From Verrucomicrobiia bacterium (GTDB lineage Bacteria; Verrucomicrobiota; Verrucomicrobiia; JABWAM01), in the NCBI GenBank assembly GCA_013360985.1, contig JABWAM010000001.1:1-48419 (forward strand): DNA of 48,419 nucleotides. Reading direction: 5' to 3'. How positions within the stretch are numbered: position 1 is the stretch's first letter; every line of letters starts with the position of its first letter. Shown in pieces: positions 43,865 to 48,419 of this stretch. The notes beneath the pieces are model-generated. The model was not told the DNA's origin, did not search any database, and saw nothing but the letters and a program-made list of their open reading frames with translations. The position numbers were made by a program, and so were the translations under genes.

Positions 43865-46310
43865 TTGAAGCCGTCGCGCGTCTTCGCTTCCGCCGCGTCG
43901 TCATCCCCAGCGCCGCGGCGCCGAGCAGGACCAGCGGAAGCGCGGAGGCCTCGGGGATCGGAATGCCCAGCGGGATGAGGGCGCCGCTCCATCCGTCGAA
44001 ATCGTAGATCAGTCCGCTCAGATAGGCGTTGTCGGCAAGATCGGGGTCGTAATAGAGGTTTACATCCAGATCGAGGACGCTCGCCAACGCGTTGGTGTCC
44101 AGGCCGCCGAGGTCCAGCGCGCCCACGTAAAAGGCGTTCACCACGGCGCCGGTGAGTTGCAGGCGGTTCCCCGCGCCGATCTGCAGTTGACCGAGGGAGA
44201 AGTTCGTCGCGAGTTCCGCCACCGAAGCGAAGTTCGATCCGAGGTCCAGGGCGCTGCCGCCGCTGAGATCGAGCACGTGATTGGTGCCGCCGCCCGTCGC
44301 GTTGGTGAAACGCATCGCCGCCGAGGAAAGATCGTGCAGGACGCGGTTCGTGGAGCTCAACGCGAGATCCTTCTGAAACACGAAGAGGTCGCCGTTGCCC
44401 CCCTGCAGCGCGCCCGACGGATCCACCGTCAGCGTGCCGGCGAAGATGTTGGTCGAGGGATCGCTCATGTAGCGGCCTCCGACTACGGCGTTGCTCTGCC
44501 AGGTGACCGTGCTGTTCACGATCCGGATCACGCCGGCGTTGGAGATCGTGCCGGCCACGGTCGCCGACGAGTTGGAGATCAGCATCGTGCCGTCGGCGCC
44601 GAAGGCCAACCACGCGCTCCTCCAGGCGGTCGCTCCGTGGATCATCTCGAGGCCGGCGTAGTTGCTCGGGTTGCCCGCGGCAAAGGTGTAGTTCTGCGCG
44701 TTCGCCGACCAGTTCGAGGCTTGGTTCAGGCGAAAGATGTTGTCGCCCGAGAAGCGCAGGTTCGCGAGATCGTTGCCGCCGAGGCTGCCGCTCACGTCCG
44801 CGTTGGTGATCCCGCGGAACGAGATTGCGCCGCCGTGGATCGAGATCGCTCCCGCGGTGTTGTTGGTGATGACGGGCGCGGCGGTGGTGAACTGAAAGAC
44901 GCCTCCGATGTTGCTGATGCTGCCCGATCCGTTCAGCCCCGCGGCCATCGTGTTGGCTTCGAGCGTGCCGCCATCGGTGACGCGAATGTGGCTGCCCGAT
45001 CCGCTCGTCACGCCGTTGCTGCCGATGGAAACGATCCCGCCGCTTTGCAACATCGAGCCAGTGCCGGTAATGAGCACCAGGTTGCCGGCGGAACTGGCCG
45101 AGACGCCCACGCGCGTCCTGCCGGCCACCGAAACCAGACCGCCGTTGGTGATGATCAAACGGTTCTCGGCGCCGGCGACGCCGATTTCCAGGTCATTCAT
45201 GGCGTTCCATGTCGAGCCGACGCCGGTGACCCGCACGATGCTCCCAGTGGATGCCGCCTGGTTGCCGATGACGCTGGCCCCAGAGCCGGCGCTCACCACC
45301 TCTCCGCCGTCGGCCACGATCATGGTTCCGTTGCCCTGATGGCCCACGATGAGGAAGGAGGTGTTCGACCAAAGCGATCCCGAGCCGGCCGAGCCGGTCA
45401 CGATGACCAGGTTGTTCGAGGAGGAGGCAGCGTTCCCGATGATTCCCGACGCCTGACTGGCGGCGCGGCGGCTGATCACGAGCGCGCCGTTGGAGATGAC
45501 CAACCGGTTGCCGGCGCCGCTGTCGCCGACGTACAGACGGTCGGTGTTGTTCCAGAGCGCGCCGTCGCCGGCAACCCACACGGAGTTGTTGGTGGCTGCG
45601 GCGCCCGAGCCGATGTATCCGAGGGCGTTGTGCAGTTGGGCGCCGTCCTGGATCAAGAGTTGGTTGTCCTTGCCCAGAGTCCCCACGGTGAAATTGCCGG
45701 AGTTGGTCCAGAGCGAGTTGACGCCGGTCAGGATGATCTGGTTGTTGCGGGCGCCGCCGCCGCTGCCGACGACGCCCGACGCGCTGACCACGGTGCCGCC
45801 GTTGGAGACGATCAGCGTGTTGAATTCCGGCGCCGTGCCCGCCCCGCCCACGGTGAAGGAGAGGACGTTGGACCAAACTGATCCGCTCCCCGAGACGAGG
45901 GCGGAGTTGTAGCTGCCCACGCTGCCGATCAGGGCGTTGGTGCTGAACACGAATCCGCCGTCGGCCACCGTCACCGAGTTGCTCTTGGATTCCGCCGCGG
46001 TCGCGCCGACGGTGAGGTCTCCGAGATTTACCCACCTCGAGCCGGTATTGGTCACAAAGGCCGCGTTGCGAGCGCCGCCGCCCGTGCCGAGCGTCCCCGT
46101 GGTGTTGGTGACCGCGCCGCCGTTGGAAATTACGAGCCGGTTGTTCGTCGCAGAGGCCCCGCTGCCGACGGTGAACGGTCCGCCGAAGTTGGTGCTTATG
46201 GCGTTGAAAAGATAGTTGCTGTTGCTTTCGGCCCGGCAAGGGACGACGGCCAGAGCCAGCATCAGCCCCGCGATCCAGGGATGTTCGATGCGTTTCATGA
46301 TCATCTCCAT
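43836..46310 (-). CDS. PEP-CTERM-anchored surface protein with T5SS/PEP-CTERM-associated repeats
   Basis: Signal peptide IAGLMLALAVVPCRA. About 7-8 units of ~52 aa (N-x-L-x-I-S-N-G-G...V-T/S-G-x-G-S-x-W-x-N...L-x-V-G). C-terminal IPEASALPLVLLGAAALGMTTRRKRRR. Confidence 0.8.
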   Translation of the reverse strand: MEMIMKRIEHPWIAGLMLALAVVPCRAESNSNYLFNAISTNFGGPFTVGSGASATNNRLVISNGGAVTNTTGTLGTGGGARNAAFVTNTGSRWVNLGDLTVGATAAESKSNSVTVADGGFVFSTNALIGSVGSYNSALVSGSGSVWSNVLSFTVGGAGTAPEFNTLIVSNGGTVVSASGVVGSGGGARNNQIILTGVNSLWTNSGNFTVGTLGKDNQLLIQDGAQLHNALGYIGSGAAATNNSVWVAGDGALWNNTDRLYVGDSGAGNRLVISNGALVISRRAASQASGIIGNAASSSNNLVIVTGSAGSGSLWSNTSFLIVGHQGNGTMIVADGGEVVSAGSGASVIGNQAASTGSIVRVTGVGSTWNAMNDLEIGVAGAENRLIITNGGLVSVAGRTRVGVSASSAGNLVLITGTGSMLQSGGIVSIGSNGVTSGSGSHIRVTDGGTLEANTMAAGLNGSGSISNIGGVFQFTTAAPVITNNTAGAISIHGGAISFRGITNADVSGSLGGNDLANLRFSGDNIFRLNQASNWSANAQNYTFAAGNPSNYAGLEMIHGATAWRSAWLAFGADGTMLISNSSATVAGTISNAGVIRIVNSTVTWQSNAVVGGRYMSDPSTNIFAGTLTVDPSGALQGGNGDLFVFQKDLALSSTNRVLHDLSSAAMRFTNATGGGTNHVLDLSGGSALDLGSNFASVAELATNFSLGQLQIGAGNRLQLTGAVVNAFYVGALDLGGLDTNALASVLDLDVNLYYDPDLADNAYLSGLIYDFDGWSGALIPLGIPIPEASALPLVLLGAAALGMTTRRKRRRATASNARSQNVAS
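43878..43967 (-). other. PEP-CTERM-like sorting signal (PEAS variant)
   Basis: GIPIPEASALPLVLLGAAALGMTTRRKRRR: a P-E-x motif, a hydrophobic helix and a basic cluster. 13 more residues follow before the stop. Confidence 0.65.
44900..46150 (-). repeat. degenerate tandem coding repeats (~156 nt / 52 aa) inside the PEP-CTERM gene (approximate bounds)
   Basis: Periodicity is seen at the protein level, e.g. NRLVISNGGAV...GSRWVNLGDLTVG; NTLIVSNGGTV...NSLWTNSGNFTVG; NRLVISNGALV...GSLWSNTSFLIVG; NRLIITNGGLV. Confidence 0.55.
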
Positions 46311-47543
46311 TTAGGAATCGGCTCTGGTCGCAAGGACCTTTTCGTTTCGCCGATCTTTCACTTCGCTCAACGCGTCTCTTCCCCCCTCCTCCTTTTCGAG
46401 GCGGCGCCAGTACCCGCCGTGGCCATGTCGTTCCATCGCGAACGCGTCAACGGGTTTCCACTCGCATTTCAATTCCATCCTGGCGGTCGGCGGAATCGGA
46501 ACGAGCGCGCATCGGGTTTCGATCGAGACCGTTCGCAGGGACGGAGATCGCCCCTCCAACACGTCCACCAACGCGCAAACGGCCCTGCGCCCGATTTCTT
46601 CCGCCTCCAGAAACTGGGACCACTGAACCGCATTCGCCTCGACAAATTCCTGACGGGTAAAGGCGGTCGGCAACGGCACGATCAACAAATCACGCGGAGT
46701 CGAGCTCTTCAACTCGAGAGCCGCCGGCAGAAGCGTCGCCCCCCAATCCTGGCTGATGATCGCCGCGTTCTTCAACCCGACCTGCGCGAGGCGGGCGGCC
46801 GCGCCGGCGATCTGGTCCGCGTGGAGCGAACAGAGATGCAGCGCGTGGCGTCCGTCGCCGTATCGTTGGATGGCGGAGGAATAACCGCGGAACAGTTCCA
46901 GCCCCATATGGTAGCGCTCCGTCCGGCTGAGGTCCACATCCAACCATACCGGAGACCGTCCGTTTTTCAGGAGTTCGCGCGTGATCTCAAAACCGAGACG
47001 CTCGCCGTCGAGACGAAACTGCGGGACGTCCAAGGGAAGCGGACAGGTGCCCGTCACCACGTAGAGAACTCCCTGATCTTCCAGGAAACGGAGGTGATGC
47101 TCGCGGATCGCGCCGTCGAGCAGCACGGCGTCCACAGACCTCCGTCGGAGCATCTCCGGCGTCCGCCCCTGGACCAAATCGGTGCTGGAAAACTCTCCGA
47201 TGAGCAGTTCGAAGCCCGCAAGGTTCGCCGCGCGCTGGATCCCCGAGGTCAGCCTCTGGCTGTAGGCGGTCGCGCTATTGCGCGGATCCACATAAAACAG
47301 GCCGAGACGGTGGCGCAGGCGGCGGGGCGCGCGCTGACGCGGAGCGAGAAAGGTGCCGCGCCCATGGGCGCGATGGATGATCCCGTCGCGGCAGAGCTCG
47401 TCGTTGGCGAGGCGCACCGTGCTGTAGGCCACGCGCAGCGCGACCGCCAACTCCCGCTCGGAAGGCAGCGGATCGCCCGGGCGCAGCTTCCGCGCGCGAA
47501 TCAGCCGTCGGATATCGGCGGCCACCTGATGATGTCGAGCCAT
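46311..47543 (-). CDS. GntR-type wHTH + LacI/PBP-type sugar-binding-domain transcriptional regulator
   Basis: Internal ATG 47543 gives MARHHQVAADIRRLIRARKLRPGDPLPSERELAVALRVAYSTVRLANDELCRDGIIHRAHGRGTF (GntR wHTH). A periplasmic-binding-protein-like domain follows. The stop TAA abuts the next ATG (46310/46311). Confidence 0.75.
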   Translation of the reverse strand: MARHHQVAADIRRLIRARKLRPGDPLPSERELAVALRVAYSTVRLANDELCRDGIIHRAHGRGTFLAPRQRAPRRLRHRLGLFYVDPRNSATAYSQRLTSGIQRAANLAGFELLIGEFSSTDLVQGRTPEMLRRRSVDAVLLDGAIREHHLRFLEDQGVLYVVTGTCPLPLDVPQFRLDGERLGFEITRELLKNGRSPVWLDVDLSRTERYHMGLELFRGYSSAIQRYGDGRHALHLCSLHADQIAGAAARLAQVGLKNAAIISQDWGATLLPAALELKSSTPRDLLIVPLPTAFTRQEFVEANAVQWSQFLEAEEIGRRAVCALVDVLEGRSPSLRTVSIETRCALVPIPPTARMELKCEWKPVDAFAMERHGHGGYWRRLEKEEGGRDALSEVKDRRNEKVLATRADS

Positions 47544-47549
47544 GAATAA

Positions 47550-47564
47550 AGTGCGTGGTGCACT
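47550..47564. promoter_or_regulatory. palindrome AGTGC-N5-GCACT just upstream of the regulator start (candidate GntR-type operator)
   Basis: Lies 7-21 nt 5' of ATG 47543. It contains the GT...AC core typical of GntR-family operators. Confidence 0.3.
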
Positions 47565-47658
47565 GCGCAGTAAAAACGCGACGGGAGGGGAACGCAAGCT
47601 TTTTCGCGTTTTTTCAACGCGCTCTCTTCGCCTCGACGCAAAGACTCGCGACGCGCGA

Positions 47659-48258
47659 TCAGGCCTTGCCTTCGATGAAGGCGTAACAAAGCAGGTGGAG
47701 GACATGCATCTGCGCGTCCTCGGCGCGTCCGTAGTGGGTCGCCTCCACGCGGATCACGCGCTGCGCCAGGCGCGCCATGCGACTCTCCGTCTTGCCCCCC
47801 ACGAGCGCGAGGGTGATCAGGCCCGCGGCGTTCGCCCACTCGAAAGCCTTGACGAGGTTCGGCGAGTTGCCGCTCACGCTGACCCCGAGGAGGAGATCGC
47901 CCGGTCTGGCGTAGTTTTTGAGCTGCTCGGAAAAAACGTCCTCATACCCCACATCGTTCGCCAGCGCCGTCAGCCAGGGAACGTTGTCGTTGAGGGAAAA
48001 CACCCGAAAACGCGGCGGACCGCCGGGCGCGTCCACCGCCTTCGCGGCGCCCGCGCCGAGGCCCGAGGCGCCCTTGCCGAGATCCACCGCGAAATGGGAG
48101 GCGTTCGCGGCGCTGCCGCCGTTGCCGCAAACAAAAATTCCGCGCCCCTCCTTCCGCGCGACGCGCAGAAGCTCGATCCACGCGGCGATCTCTTCCACGG
48201 GCAGGACGGAGGTCGCGCGCGTCTGATCCTTCAGGTACTCGGAAATCCAATTCTTCAT
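47659..48258 (-). CDS. gmhA: SIS-domain phosphoheptose isomerase (D-sedoheptulose-7-phosphate isomerase)
   Basis: Internal ATG 48258. GRGIFVCGNGGSAANASHFAVDL, DVFSEQL, LLLGVSVSGNSPNLV and THYGRAEDAQMHVLH. Confidence 0.8.
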   Translation of the reverse strand: MKNWISEYLKDQTRATSVLPVEEIAAWIELLRVARKEGRGIFVCGNGGSAANASHFAVDLGKGASGLGAGAAKAVDAPGGPPRFRVFSLNDNVPWLTALANDVGYEDVFSEQLKNYARPGDLLLGVSVSGNSPNLVKAFEWANAAGLITLALVGGKTESRMARLAQRVIRVEATHYGRAEDAQMHVLHLLCYAFIEGKA

Positions 48259-48419
48259 GGGCGAGACCGTAGCAGGCGAAATCCCGACGCGCAACGCTTC
48301 GCGCTTGCGCGAGGATTAGAGTCCATCCCAAATCCACGGATCAGCTCCATTTTCAGAGAGCTTCCTTCCTCATCATCCATGGAGGACCGGGTGGGTGCGG
48401 CGTGTCGAGATTCCGGACT

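Noticed and set aside
44900-46150. Repeats in the PEP-CTERM gene as a diversity-generating retroelement target or a CRISPR-like array
   Set aside because: The repeats are in-frame, degenerate coding repeats. The window has no reverse transcriptase, template repeat, cas genes or spacer-like unique inserts.
1-48419. Searches by eye for CRISPR arrays, rRNA, tmRNA/RNase P/SRP RNA signatures, transposase or IS ends and toxin-antitoxin pairs
   Set aside because: No regularly spaced direct repeats, no conserved ncRNA motifs (for example GAGGAAAGUCC) and no transposase-like ORFs were recognised. An Infernal/Rfam and ISfinder scan would be needed to be definitive.

Overview
High-GC bacterial chromosomal window. 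Hand counts on a few lines give about 65-78% G+C in most genes. I call about 50 CDS and 2 tRNAs. I saw no CRISPR array, rRNA, transposase or prophage. The gene content suggests a PVC-superphylum genome (Verrucomicrobiota or Planctomycetota-like): a DUF1559/H-X9-DG pseudopilin, a PEP-CTERM repeat protein, DUF11 and a DUF4838-like protein. This taxonomic call is inference only. Housekeeping blocks: trmB-folP(like)-GT-C glycosyltransferase (+); thrS-infC-rpmI-rplT (+) with unusually long spacers; hemB-clpS-DUF2017(like)-xer (-), joined by ATGA overlaps; rph-folB-hyp-TPR (+); rplS-rnhB (-); tRNA-Thr-tuf-rpmG-tRNA-Trp-secE-nusG-rplK (-), which stops at rplK with no rplA. Accessory content: a six-hairpin-like glycosidase, a secreted hypothetical and a GYF membrane protein cluster, with a divergent DegT aminotransferase; an SGNH, CysE and PagL-like neighbourhood; a DUF11, low-GC phosphodiesterase and Gfo/Idh/MocA segment wedged between two truncated universal operons. 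The most notable feature is a ten-gene, single-strand, translationally coupled locus (32956-47543). It combines a GntR/PBP regulator, an exosortase-type (PEP-CTERM) repeat surface protein, a DUF4838-like protein, a GH29 fucosidase, two Gfo/Idh/MocA oxidoreductases, RidA, a TIM-barrel::Zn-ADH fusion, an embedded prepilin-type DUF1559 protein, an atypical M19-like protein and a beta-helix protein. I read it as a candidate non-SusC/D glycan capture and catabolism system. Start codons were refined by hand from the ORF track. Many long ORFs antisense to real genes are GC artefacts and were rejected. All family assignments come from motif recognition by eye and need HMM or BLAST confirmation.
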